A DNA stretch of 64,000 nucleotides from contig NW_003314271.1 in NCBI RefSeq assembly GCF_000143415.4, positions 2,440,285-2,504,284 on the forward strand, written 5' to 3'. Under the pieces are notes generated by a model. It was given only the letters and a program-made list of their open reading frames with translations, was not told where the DNA came from and made no database searches. The DNA is from Selaginella moellendorffii. Its lineage: Eukaryota > Plantae > Lycopodiophyta. Position 1 is the first letter of the stretch; the number at the start of each line of letters is the position of its first letter. The position numbers and the translations under genes were made by a program. Positions 1-13,149 of the stretch are shown in pieces.

Positions 1-3000
1 TTTTTTGAGTAATGCAGATTTATTATAAAACAAACTATGCTATCAAACATTTTTGTTTTGCAATTTCATGATTATAACTAATTGTTTTATAGAGGAATTA
101 ATTATTCATTATTATTATTCATCACTTGCATGGTCCATTAAACAAAATGGTGAGAAATAATAGTTTATATTGCCCTCTCACTATAACAATAATATAAATA
201 ATGTGACATATTGTAATAAACTATGAACTTCTAAATTTTACATATATCACCCTATATTTAATAAAATTCATTTCATTGTGTTATATAATGGTAAGAAGTT
301 GTTATATTATTTATTTATCTTTTGAATTTATTTATCTATTTTATCAAATTATGGAGCTCTAGAAACTTGAAATTTTTCTAAGTACATTTTAGGGCTTAAT
401 AAAGTTATTAAATAATATATTAACTTTTGTTGACTTTAAATTATGATCTAAATAAAAACTAGAATTTTAAAATTTAAGTATATCTAAGAAAGTGTTAATT
501 CTTATTCAATTTTCTTAATAATGAATCATGTTTGAACTTTGAAACCTTTTGATTTTGGGAAGAAGAAAATGATAGCTAATGGAACTATATTTTAATGTAT
601 CTAATGTATTATTAAAATACACTTCTATCATTGTTTTTTAAAATTAATAAATTATTTCTAAAAATGTATCTTAAAAATATATTCTATTTTAATAAATTAG
701 AATTTGTTCTTAAAATAACATACTTTTAGTTTATAGTTCTTTATCAGGATTTCTTGTGGTAGGAGTAGGTTTTGAGTTCAAATCTTGTGAGTAGAGGTTT
801 GAGGTTCATATCCTATCATGGATAATGATGGTGAAAATATACTTCAACAAACTAGTTGACACCAATTTTTACTTAGAAACTCACTTTTATATATATATAT
901 ATATACATACATCACTTTCTTCCTTTTTGTTCATTTTCATGGTAAAGTAATAGTTTAGAGCAACAATTAGTGTAGTTACTCAATGCTATATGGTTGTAAT
1001 TGAATAATCAAACTCAATTGATGGCGACATTCATAATGCATGGTACAACTCCTCTTGCTCTTGTTGTCAATCCTCATGTTTGGCTGGAGTTCTTCTGTGG
1101 GAATCTAGAGGATGATATGTATCATTAGTTTGATCACTTTATAGTGATTGCCACATATTACTCTTAGAATGATATTCAGTGTTTGCATGAGTTTCCCACA
1201 TGCCTTCAATGGACGGTATTGTAGTGGTACAATGGTTGAGTGTAGCCATTTATGAAGATTAAAGCATTCTCTCGGACATCTTTAAATGCGCATTTGGACA
1301 TATTGATGATTGTGATGATGCTGTAAGCAACTAATTTTTCCATTCTATTTTAGTCACTTAACCACACTTTTAATCACTTGGAGGAGTCTCATTCACAACC
1401 TCTAAGTCTAATTCAGAACTTGGGGTTTGCTAGCCTCGAGAATGGTATCCATGCCACACAACTTTTGCACTTCGTCCAAGTGCACCACGTGTCTGATCCT
1501 ATGACCGACACCTAAATGTACCACTGACATATAAGCCTATTATCTATTCACCTTTGTCACACCAGTGATCCAATACCACCTACATCACAGTCCCATCTCT
1601 CAAAGATTGGGTCATCTGTCCATGAGTGGACATCCTCAGTCCCTTTCTGTCCATGGCCGTGTTTGCCAGCATTGCCACTGGATCAAGGCCCACAGGCCTG
1701 ACCACTAAGTCCTCTTGTTCTTTGGGACTTCCTTGTCATGTGACCGCATCTTTGGTCATTACACTAGAGGACTGCTCCTCTTCCTTTTCACAATCCGGGA
1801 CTCTGGAACAACATTTCAGAACACCGTGGCCCTACGCAAGCCTCATGGGTACTCTCTCTGCCTTCCGCCTTTGGGTGCTCTAGCCATGGGCTTAGAGCAA
1901 GGTTCCATTGAGCCACGTTAGGTATCCAAGTAGGTAGTGCTACCCACACTTGGACTAGGAGCATCGACCATTCGATCTCCCAGGGGAACTAGAGCCAGCT
2001 CTTGACCACATTATCAAGCTACCCGCTTATTAGTCTATATTCACTCTACCTTTGGACTTCCTAGTAGTTATCTCATCACCCAACACCTGGGTATAGCTTT
2101 CTTGGGCCAAACTAGCCTTTCCTGGCCAAACTGGCTCCAACCCCCACACTCTCCCTACTATACTTTTGGAATCCCTTGCAGCCCCCACCCCCCCCCCCCC
2201 CCCCCCTTTGGGGGATGATCACTTTGGGCTTTCATCTGGACTCGGACTTGGTCTCGGTCTCGGTTGGACTCGGTCTCAGTCTCAGTTCCATCTTGGACTC
2301 CATCTCGGACTTCATCTCGGGTCCATTTCAGACTCCATCTCGAACTCCATCTCGGGTCCATCTCGGACTCCATCTCGGACTCCATCTTGGGTCCATCTTG
2401 AACTCCATTTCGGACTTTATCTTGGGTCCATCTTGGACTCCATCTCTGGTCCATCTCGGACTCTTCCATATGTCACATGTTGGTCCTTTTGTATCCCTTT
2501 TTTAGAGCCTCGCTTCGTGCTTGTTCCTCGAGCACTTCATTGGAAGTTCCACTCCCGCTCTCGACTTTTTGAGTTAGAGCTTTTAGTCCAAACGTGTTAC
2601 TCTCGTTTGGCTTTCGCTTCGGCCACTACCACGTGGCACCCTTTTGGCTCCACTTTGAGGCTTAGGGATTTGTGTCTCACAACTCCACCACCCGTAGACA
2701 AAGCTTGATGTCCTCATCAAACGGTAAACCATTTTATAAAGTAACACCAACATGTATTACCCTTTCCACCCTTGGCACCCAGCCAATATTCATCAATGGT
2801 TTGACACCGAAGGCTCACCATGCCTTGTCCATCCTTTAAAGAGCATAGTATCTCCAATATAGAGATTCATTTGACCACATGAGGTGGTTCTCTCCCTTTT
2901 ATTGATTTAGTTCTCACTAATCCCTTTAGAGATACCTTTTTTATCTCAATCCCGCTACTCATTCTCAAGTAGTCTCAACCTCTATCGATATAACCATTCC

Positions 3001-3728
3001 TCTTTGGAACTTTTAATCTTAACTTCTCGAAGTCAATTTTGTAGGTGTCTCTGACACCTTTCTTTGCACATATTGTGCAAACTCCACTTCCCCATTCTAG
3101 GAAGTTCTCTACTTGAGGGCACCATCCTCCTCTTTTCTATTTCATGCCAATTTTGGCACTAAGTTCCAGTTATTATAAGTTGTGCTAGGGCTGTCCATGG
3201 CCCTATCATTTGGTTACCTTGCCGCTCCCTCCCTTGGAGCTTTCACCTTTGTTAAATTAGAGCATTTGGGAATCCATCCCTTGGAAACACACTCTTTTTC
3301 CCACAATCCGTTAGCATTAACACATTAATGTCTCTCGCCTAATGTTGCTATTTGGATTTCTTCCAATAAATTCCCCAGCCCCAAATTTAGCCATTAGTTT
3401 TTTTCTCGTATCTTTTGATTGTTGTAGTAAGCAACATAAAATCACTACCTCCATTATTGACGTATCCTTTTGGTTCTTTGGCAAAGGTTCCATTTTGCCA
3501 AAATCCAGAGGGTGCTCACCCCTAGTAGGTCTCTTTAGGATTTTCTGTTACGGGCTTCATTGACACCCAATTTTGCGATCCTCCCATGGGTCTTTCCTAG
3601 AGACTACTTTCTTGGACTCACTATACCATCATATCGGCTAACTGATTTCCCTTTAGGTGTCCTTCCCACTTGGTCACCTTGACCATGCCACACCATTGTA
3701 AATAGTTCAAATCAACACTTTGAACTAG

Positions 3729-4867
3729 TGTAGCATATGTAGTTTTTACCCTTTATTCTATGGTGATTTACCATAGAATAACACCACAAAGCAGAACCTA
3801 AACCCTCTATGTGCCATGTGTCATATGCCACGTGTCTAAAGGATAGTGGTGTGGAACCCGAGGCTCAGAGCATTGGGATACTGAACAAAAGAACGGTGCC
3901 AAACTCCCAAGCATGGAGCTAAGGAGTGATGGAACTAAACCACGGAGCAACTTCCAGGCATACAGCTCAAGGAGCGAAGGGACAGGAGCCTGGAGTGATT
4001 TGGAACAGTCCTAGAGCAACTAGCATCCCATTGCCAAGACTAGCACGTAAAACGAAGCTAAATAGAGTCTTGTGCTATTTTGGCATACTGGTGGCCTAAC
4101 ACAAGGACATCAGTACTCCACCAGCTAATATGGAATGAAATTTGGGCTTAGACCCAAGCCAGACGCAGAACAAGGATAGACATACAAGCAAGAGCTAAAT
4201 TATGTCTTAGGTTAGTTGGCCATGCCCAACCTACCCACTATCCCTACTATATATTTGGAACCCCTCACAGCCGCCCCTCCCCCCCCCCTTCAAGAATACA
4301 CACTTTGGGCTTTCACCCCCAAGCCTCCCTTAGTATCAGGAGTTAGTCTCTGGGACAAGCTTGAAACTTACTAAATATAGAATGGCGCTACAATGCGAAT
4401 TTGGACATGGGACGAACACCATTGTGTTCAGGACAATCTCTACATTCCATAGATATGCCAAATGAGCAAATCTAGACACTTTCCATAAATAATATTTGGG
4501 ACCAAAATGAGATTAACACAAAGGGCATGATAGCGAGGGTGTTTGGCAGACATGGTAAACTATCATTTAGCGAATATTAAGGAACCAAACTCAATATCGA
4601 GGGGGTTCTTGATACTAGGAAGTGCAAGCCAATGACAGGAGTTTCTCAAACCAGGCCGAGTATGCTTAGCAAGAAACACATAGGGTTCCTACCTTATGTT
4701 TATCAGATTTAAGTGCACGATCAATGACCAGTTTCTCAACTAGCTCAAATGGGAACTGATAATGGGTCTAGTAATACCGACCTCCTGCCGTCGTGGTAGT
4801 AAGGAAAGAATATCCGAAAGGATTAGCCGACATGTAACTTTCGATACCCGAAGTCACATTCGTGACA
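3729..4867 (-). mobile_element. Solo LTR related to the chromovirus LTR at 51337-52301
   Basis: TG...CA ends. 4838-4867 is close to the reverse complement of the start of the 51337 LTR. Flanks are ACTAG/ACTAA (5-bp TSD, 1 mismatch), and it interrupts sequence that is continuous near 30335. Confidence 0.85.
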
Positions 4868-7419
4868 ACTAAGAACCTTATTCTTTAACTTCACAAAGAC
4901 CTCGTCCTTGTTTAGCTGTAAGATCACCTAGTGGTATAACCTTTTTCACCTTAACAAGTTTGCCAATAGGTACTAGGTTTTCCAAACCTTTAACTTGTTA
5001 ACCATGACTCTGGGGGCATCCCCCAGACTTAGCAATGCACCCAATCCAGCCCTTACAGCTGAGGGTCCATAGCAATTGAGACTGAGTGTCCCCATCTCAT
5101 TCACCACGTCTTTGGTGTCACTTGCACCAAAGTGTTCAAATTAGATATGTCGAGCCCCACTAAACAATCTAACTGTGTATCATGACTCTAGGGCATCCCC
5201 CACTTAGTGGTGTGCCCAAGCTAGTCTCCTTCCTCAGACTCCATGACCACCGAAAAATGAGTGTCTTCATATTCCAAACCATCATCACGCCCTAGTGAGT
5301 TGGGACTCAAACCCACACTAGAGGGTTGGGACTCAAACCCAACCTCCGTATATGCATCTACAGGCGGCATCACCCAGGATGCCTGGCATAACTCCTCATG
5401 CCAGTGCATCAATGTATACTTAAAATGCACTATAAATCACAGCTTAGGAACCTAATTCCTCCTCACTGCCAAGTCTTCTCATTTGACAAATCTGTGATCA
5501 TGCATGGACTCCTCCATGCTTAGCCCTATGGGCCACCCCTTTTGAAGTTAACACCTTCAACTAGGGTATCTGTTCCCCCCGACTTGTCAATCTCACTTAG
5601 CAAGTTATCTGACAAACGTAACATGGTTTCATGCATAAGTGTGAAAGTCCTTGACTATCGACTTTCTTTTAAAGCCATCCTTTTGAACATTTAAGAACTA
5701 CTTCCCGGACCTTGATAGCCTTGCTTTATGGCAAGTTTTAAGGCCATACTTCTGCTGTGCCACTTTGATTTCGTGCATTCTATGAACCATTTACAGTTGG
5801 CTTTCTAGGTCCTAAGCTACTTAGAATTGTCTTTGAGAACCTTGAAGAAACTCTGTCTCTTAGCTTGCTAAGGCTTCTTCTTTCGCAAGCTTTCTAATTG
5901 TTATATGGTCTAACATGGATAATTCCATACTTTATACTCTCCATGGCATCACAATTGCTAATAACAACACCCTCGAGCACCCATTTGATTCTCCACTCCC
6001 AACATGTATAACCACCCTTGATTATGCCCTTTGATTCCTATGGTTTGGTTTTATCCCTTTATTACTTATTTTTGGCATCACATGCTTCCTTTGGTTATTC
6101 TCCTCTAGACTAGGAGGATAGCTTTGCACTTCCTACCGTGCCTTAGCAAGTATTCTTAGGGATGAACTTACCTGATAGCCTAGGAAGTGGTTCTTCAATC
6201 CAGGTATACTCACCTTGTAATCCCATTTATTAGGATTAATGTTGCTATTTAAAGGCTTTTTTATGCCCATCACTAACCTTGCCAAAATCCCTTTTTGGCT
6301 TTGTCCAATTCGGATAGACGGACAACTCCCGTTTTTGCAACCTTAGATGTTGGATAACACCTTCTATCCATCATTCGCTAGGGATTTAGTCCTTTGGGCT
6401 TTATCTAATGCCTTTCTGATACCAAACACCACTTTTTGGTGTTTTAGAGTTTTTGGGTGTTCTAATGATGGCCTTCTTTGTTAATAAGTATTCTCTTTAC
6501 AACATTAACTTACTATATTGCAATATAAACAATATATCCCCCTAAGGGTATATCTAACTTCTTTATCCCAATAAGAAGTCTTGGGTAGTCACTTTCTACC
6601 AATTTACTCAATTATTTTGCACCTTTTGTTTAGTTTCCTCATAGTTGTTAAGTCCTACAACTCATTGCTTGTGCTTTTACACCTCCATCATTATTTGGGT
6701 CACCACACTCTAAACGCATGCCTTCCAACTTAGACTATGCCATTCCTATTTCCATTAGGATTCCTTTGGAAAGGGGTTCTCATGAACATGCCAACTTGAT
6801 CTTAAGGCATCATGCTTTGGCTCATTCAGTGTCTCCACACCATCAGCTCCACGAGCCTACTTTTATGACACTTTTTACTTGTGCCTAGGTCTTTGCCAAA
6901 ATCAACACAGTTGTTTCCCATATCAACTATCTATTAGCACTACACCATAGTGTTTACACACAACTTTGTGTCAAAGTTACTTTCTTTTGGGAACACCTTT
7001 CTCACAACTTTAGTATGGTATATTCTGCTATCAACGAGATACCCACTATTTTCATACTTGAATTTTATAATCCTCCCCATCCTTCATGAGGCACAACACA
7101 CTTTAGTCCAAATGCTTTTACCAATCCCTTAGGACCATTCTTTGACTCTACTTGAGTCATCTAGCTTCTGTGGACTTTGTTAATCCAATGATCTGTAAAG
7201 TCCTATTTTTTAAGTGCCAGTTTGCTAGAATACAACTTCTTGTATTCATGTTTTACTCATAAGGACTATTTTTACAAGTGTTATTCTAACACTTGATTAT
7301 TTTTTGTTCCCTGTGGGCTACCTTTGCCCTTTAGGACTATCTGTCTATATGATGAGATTACCGACTCATCCTCTAAGTACACCCCTAACTCTTTAGGTTT
7401 TTTCTAGCATTTATCAAAG

Positions 7420-9319
7420 TGTAAGCGACCAATTTTTCCATTCTACTTTAGTCACTTAACCACACCTCCGACCACTTGGAGGAGTCTCACTCACAACCTC
7501 CATAAGTCTTATTTCAGACTTGGGCTTGCTAGCCCCGAGAATGGCATCCCTACCACTCAATCTTTGCACTTGGTCCAAGTGCTCCACGTGTCCAATCTCA
7601 TGACCGACACCCCAAGGTACCATCGACATATCAGCTTGTTACGCTAAGGCCATGCCCCTTTACCTTGGTTACACCGATGGTCTAACACCACCTGCATCAC
7701 AGCCCCGTTTCTCAAGGACTTGGGCCATCCGTCCATGAGTGATCATTCCAGATCCACTCCTTAGCATCCTTAGGATGCCCACAGAGATGGGGAATAGCCT
7801 TCCCCAATATCCCTTTTCCGGTCCCCACCAAGTCCCTTTCTATCCATGGCCTTGTTCGTCAACACTGCCCCTGGGTCAAGGCTCACAGGCCCGACCACTA
7901 AGTCCCACAATCCTCTGGGACTTCCTCACCACCTGACTGTATCCTTGGTCACTACACCAGAGGACTACTCCTCTTCCTTTCCACAGTTTTGGCCTTTGGG
8001 ACAACAATTCAGAACACCGTGGCCCTATGCGGGCCTTATGGGTACTCTCCCCGCCTTCCGCCTTTGGGTGCTCTAGCCATGGGCTTAGAGCGAGGTTCCG
8101 TTGAGCCACGCCAGGTATCCAAGTAGGTAGTGCCACCCACACTTGGACTGAGAGCATCGGCCAGTTGATCTCCTGGGGGAACTAGAGCCGGCTCTTGAAC
8201 ACTTCACCAAGCTACCCTGCTTGTCAGTCCGTATTCACTCTAGTCTTGGACTTCCCAGTGGTCAGTTCATCACCCAACACTGGGTCTGACCTTCCTGGGC
8301 CAAACTGGCCTTTCCTGGCCAAACTGGCTCCACTGTAGTCCTCCCCCTTAATATACTTTTGGAGCTCACCAAACCCCCCAGTGTCTGGGAGACGAACGCT
8401 TTGGGCTTTCACCCTCTCAGACTCGAACTTGGACTCGGACTCGGACTCGGACTCGAACTCGGACTTGAACTCGAGCTCAAGCTCGGTCTCGGCCTTGGCC
8501 TCGGTCTCGGTCTTGGTCTTGGTCCCGGTCTCGGTCTCGACCTCGGACTCCATCTCGGGTCCTTCTCGGACTCCATCTCGGACTCCGTCTCAGTCCATCT
8601 TGGACTCCATCTCGGACTCCATCTTGGGTCCATCTCGGACTCCGTCTCGAACCATCTCGGACTTCATCTCGGACTTCATCTCGGGTCCATCTCAGACTCC
8701 ATCTCAGGTCCATCTCAGACTCCATCTCGGGTCCATCTCGGACTCCATCTCGGGTCCATCTCGGACTCCATCTCGGTCCATCTTGGAGTCCATCTTGGGT
8801 CCATCTCAGACTCCATCTCGATCCATCTCGAACTCCATCTCGGTCCATCTCAGACTCCATTTCGGATTCCACCTCGGACTCCATCTCAGACTCCACCTTG
8901 GACTCCATCTCGGACTCCACCTTGGACTCCTTCTCAGATCTATCTCGGATCTATCTTGGACTCCATCTCGGACTCCTTCTCGGGTCCATCTCGAACTCCA
9001 TCTCAGGTCCATCTCGGACTCCATCTAGGTCCATCTCGGACTCCATCTCGGACTCCAACTCGGGTCTATCTCGGACTCCATCTCAGACACTTCCACGTGT
9101 CATGTGTTGGTCCTTTTGGGTCCCTTTTTGGAGCCTCGCTTATTGCTCGCTTCATGCTCATTCCTTGAGCACTCCGTTGGGAATTCCACTCCCGCTCTCA
9201 ACCTTTCAAGTTGGAGCCTTTTAGTCCAAACATGTTACACTCATTTGGCTTTTGCTTCAGCCACTACTACGTGGCACCCTTTCGGTTCCACTTTGGGGCC
9301 TAGGGATTTGTGTCTCACA
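7420..9319 (-). mobile_element. Solo LTR of family A inserted into a family-A element
   Basis: TGTAAGCGAC...TGTCTCACA with perfect TSD CAAAG (7415-7419 and 9320-9324). The flanks join into sequence that is uninterrupted near 32880. Confidence 0.9.
8420..9087. repeat. GGACTC/GGTCTC hexamer and GGACTCCATCTC/GGGTCCATCTC 11-12-mer array inside the family-A LTR
   Basis: Directly visible tandem repeat. It generates the low-complexity ORFs in all six frames. Confidence 0.95.
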
Positions 9320-10434
9320 CAAAGGTAGCCCCGGCTACCATTTCAAGGACTTGTGTCCACATCTATATTTGACCTTTTACGGTCATTAATTCTGATCTCA
9401 TATTCATGAGCACCAGCCTCAACTATATGAGGATAATCTTGTGACTCCTTTATTGTTTTGGAGTCTCTATCTTTCCCGTGATCTTAACTATAATTGTTTA
9501 CTGAAACTACAATAGCCAGTTTGCTAAGTCAAATGCTCATCTGTATTATATCCTTAACTCTCTGAGGAAAACCTTATATTGTTCCCAAGATCCCAAAGTT
9601 GTTCCATTATTGGCCCTTTTCTATCCACCACCTCGTCTACAAGTTCACACATGATCTGTAGTGGAGAGCCATGTCTTCCCAACCTGCTACTCCCCAAGGA
9701 GAGGCCCACTCATAGGACTTTCCGATGCCAACACTAGTGGTGATATATTTGAGCACCAATAAAAGTTAGACTAAGGAATAGCTCTGATACCAAATTGTAA
9801 GTGACTAATTTTTCTATTCTACTTTAGTCACTTAACCACACCTCTAACCACTTGGAGGAATCTCATTCACAACCTCCATAAGTCCAATTCAAAACTTAGG
9901 GTTTGTTAGCCTCAAGAATGGCATCTATGCCACACAACCTTTGCACTTCGTCCAAGTGCTCCACATGTTTGATCCTATGACTGACATCCAAAGGTACCAC
10001 CGACATATCAGTCTGTTATGCTAAGGCTGTGTCTATTCACCTTTGTCACACAAGTGATCCAATGCCACCTATATCACAGTCCTATCTCTCTAAGACTGGG
10101 TCATCTGTCCATGAGTGGCCATCTCCAATCCACTCTTTAATATCCTTAGGATGCCCATAGACATAGGGAATAACCTTCCCTATTATCCCTTTTTCAGTCC
10201 CCACCAAGTCCCTTTCTGTCCATGGCCGTATTTGCGAACACTGCCACTAGATCAAGGCCCACAGGCCTGACCATTAAGTCCCCTTGTTCTCTGGGACTTC
10301 CTTATCATATGACCGCATCCTTGGTCATTACACCAGAGGATTGCTCCTCTTCCTTTCCACCATCTGGGACTCTGGAATAACATTTCGGAACACTATGGCC
10401 CTATGCGAGCCTCGTGGGTACACTCTCTGCCTTA

Positions 10435-12491
10435 TCATAATGATTTGATCATCAATTGAGTAACACTACGAGTAACATCCATGTCACTATTACAAAGGTT
10501 TATGTGAATATCAAGTGCCAACTCATTTTGACAAAATGCAATATAAATGCTACACTCCACAGATAGAAATTTATAACACCTAACATTACTAACTTTTGTT
10601 CACAACATAGACAAGCTTATGCCATTCTCTTTTTAACCAAACTCAAAACTAATCCAACACTGAGCTACTCAAGGAACAATAACAAGGTTCTCCAAAAAAG
10701 AATTGAGCATTGTAACCCAAGTTTTCAATAACAAGCCTAGAAAAAATGGTATAGTGTTTCACTACTATCCATCCCATGACTCACCACTTGTAAAACCATC
10801 ATAACCAATATGCACCAAGATAGGGTCTCTTGATTGTATAATGTAAACACGACAATGAGTCACACCTTGTTGCGAATCATCTCTATAAGAAGAAAAAATA
10901 ATTTACGGGTTTGATCCCTCATCCCTGATAACTCTTTTTTCAGTTTTAACTTTGACAAAACCTCAAGCTTGCTTTTGCGCTACCTTTAGTCCAATCCAAG
11001 AAAAGTTTATGAGAGAGCATGGCAATGACTACTTAAATCAATAGACTAATCCCTACAGTCTTGATTGATCCACTTATAATCATACCTAAGAAGGATTTAC
11101 TAGTGCTGTCCATTCTTAGTAAACCCATGGAAGGTTTACTTTTATCCACAATACAAGGAACAACTCATGAAACCACCGATAGGCTAACATTAATCGTACC
11201 AACTCAAAGTGTAACCTTAAGTTGCTAATGTGCTTTACTCATGAGCCTAAGCGCAAACTCATGTAAGCGGAACATCTTACATCCAACTTATGAGCCCAAG
11301 CGAAAGCTCATATAATCTAGTACAAAAAGTAACCAAATTTCATACCCAAAAAATGAATGCAAAGCCTTTGCACCCAAACGTGTACCCACTCGGATCATCG
11401 TTTTCATCTGTGTATATGCAACAAGACTAGTTACCCAATTTTATTGAATAATACTCACTGAGACTCATGCTCTGATACCAAATGTAGCGCATGTGGTTTT
11501 TACCCTTTATCCTATGGTGATTTACTATATGATAACACCACAAAGCAGAACCTAAACCCTCTATATGCCACGTGATATATGCCATGTGCCACATGCCACA
11601 TGTCCAAAGGACAGTGGTGTGGAACCCAAATTTCAAGGCCTTGGGCCACTGAATGAAAGAACGGAGCCAAACTCCCAAGCATGGAGCCAAGGAGCAACAA
11701 AACTGGAGCATGGTGCAACTCTCAAGCATAGAGCCCAAGAAGCGAAAGGACAAGAGCATGGAGTGACTTGGAACAATCTTAAAACATCCAACATCCCAAT
11801 GCTAGGACTAGCACATAAAACGGAACCAAACAAAGTTTAACACTATTTTAGCATACTGGTGGCCTAATGTGAGGATATGGCAACTAGCATGGTATGGAAC
11901 TTGAGCTTAGACCCAAGTTGGACACAGAACAAAAACAAGCACTCAAATGGGAGCTAAACTATACCTCATGTTGGTCAACCATGCCCAACCTACCTACTAN
12001 NNNNNNNNNNNNNNNNNNNNNNNNNNNNNNNNNNNNNNNNNNNNNNNNNNNNNNNNNNNNNNNNNNNNNNNNNNNNNNNNNNNNNNNNNNNNNNNNNNNN
12101 NNNNNNNNNNNNNNNNNNNNNNNNNNNNNNNNNNNNAACTAACACTAAAAGTATGATAGCAAGGGTCTTTGGCAGATATGGTAAGCTATCATCCAGCGAT
12201 AGTGAGGGACTAGTCTCAATATGCGAGGGTTCTTGTCAAGCCAATGCAAGATAGAGCAAAAGAGAACTAAGAGTTAAGTCGAGCATGCTTAACTAGAAAC
12301 ACATAGGAGTTATTACTTTATGTCCATCTAGCTAAGTACAAGTGCTAAACCCAATTACTAACACTTGAACAAAAGGGGTTAATAAAAGGAATTATCAATA
12401 CCAACCTCCTACCGTCAGGGCAGTAAGGAAAGAATATCTGAAAGGATTGGCCGACAAGTAACTTTCGATACCTGTAGTCACATTCATGACA
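10435..12491 (-). mobile_element. Truncated LTR retrotransposon: 5' LTR (11483-12491, contains N gap), PBS and decayed internal sequence
   Basis: The LTR is similar to the 3729-4867 solo LTR. PBS complement GCTCTGATACCA is at 11469-11480. 10435-10740 is an inverted homolog of ~17040-17350. Confidence 0.75.
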
Positions 12492-13149
12492 AAACACTAA
12501 GATGCTTTTGGAAAATGAGGAGTCACACAAGTAGTGGAGGGTCCTTGTGCGAATAAGTCAATGACCCCTTCATCTTTCTTTTGGAAGTATCATCAAAGGG
12601 TTCACTTGGCACTAGTTCATCCAGTGTATACTTTCCAAGTTTGTTTTTATAACAAAAGGTCTCTTATTATTCTCTGTATTGGTTGATATATGCTCAAGTT
12701 TATTTTTTATTGCTTAACTTGTTGCCACATGTTGCTGTCTATATTTGTGTCATATGGCAAAGCCAATTTTCATTCTTTATGACAATGGCTGTATATATGC
12801 ATGTGCACGGGATGAGGCGGACCTTATTGTGTATGTGGGCGATCTTGAGCTTGAGTTGCAATTGTTGTGGGTGGTGCCATTAAGACTTCTCCCCCTTGTT
12901 TCGTACTTTTTTATCTTTTTTCCATTCCTTTCACTTTTGTTCTTTTTCATCCTTTTACTTTTACTTATACTTCCATCACTTTTGTCTCCCCATTACTTCC
13001 TTCTTTATTTCTATTTTGTTCTTCTATTCCCTCTTTAAATCCCTCTAACGGTTTTTGTGTTGTAGTGGTTGACTAGCTCATGAAGGAGTATATTGATTTC
13101 TTTGAATTTAATTTGTTATTTGGGGTTAAGATTTCAATACGTCATCCTA

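Larger units (their letters stand above)
1322..10433 (-). mobile_element. Older copy of non-autonomous LTR retroelement (LARD-like family A), carrying two solo-LTR insertions
   Basis: LTR 1322-2681 (TGTAAG...TCTCACA) is followed by the reverse-complement PPT ACTCCACCACCC. The internal region is colinear with 29263-33358. The Met-tRNA PBS complement GCTCTGATACCA is at 9781-9792. The second LTR starts at 9796 and is truncated near 10433. Confidence 0.85.

Noticed and set aside
11570-11605. ATGCCATGTGCCACATGCCACA resembling the transposon palindrome
   Set aside because: It is a short TGCCACA/TGCCATG tandem in an LTR and lacks the inverted ATGGC...GCCAT arms.
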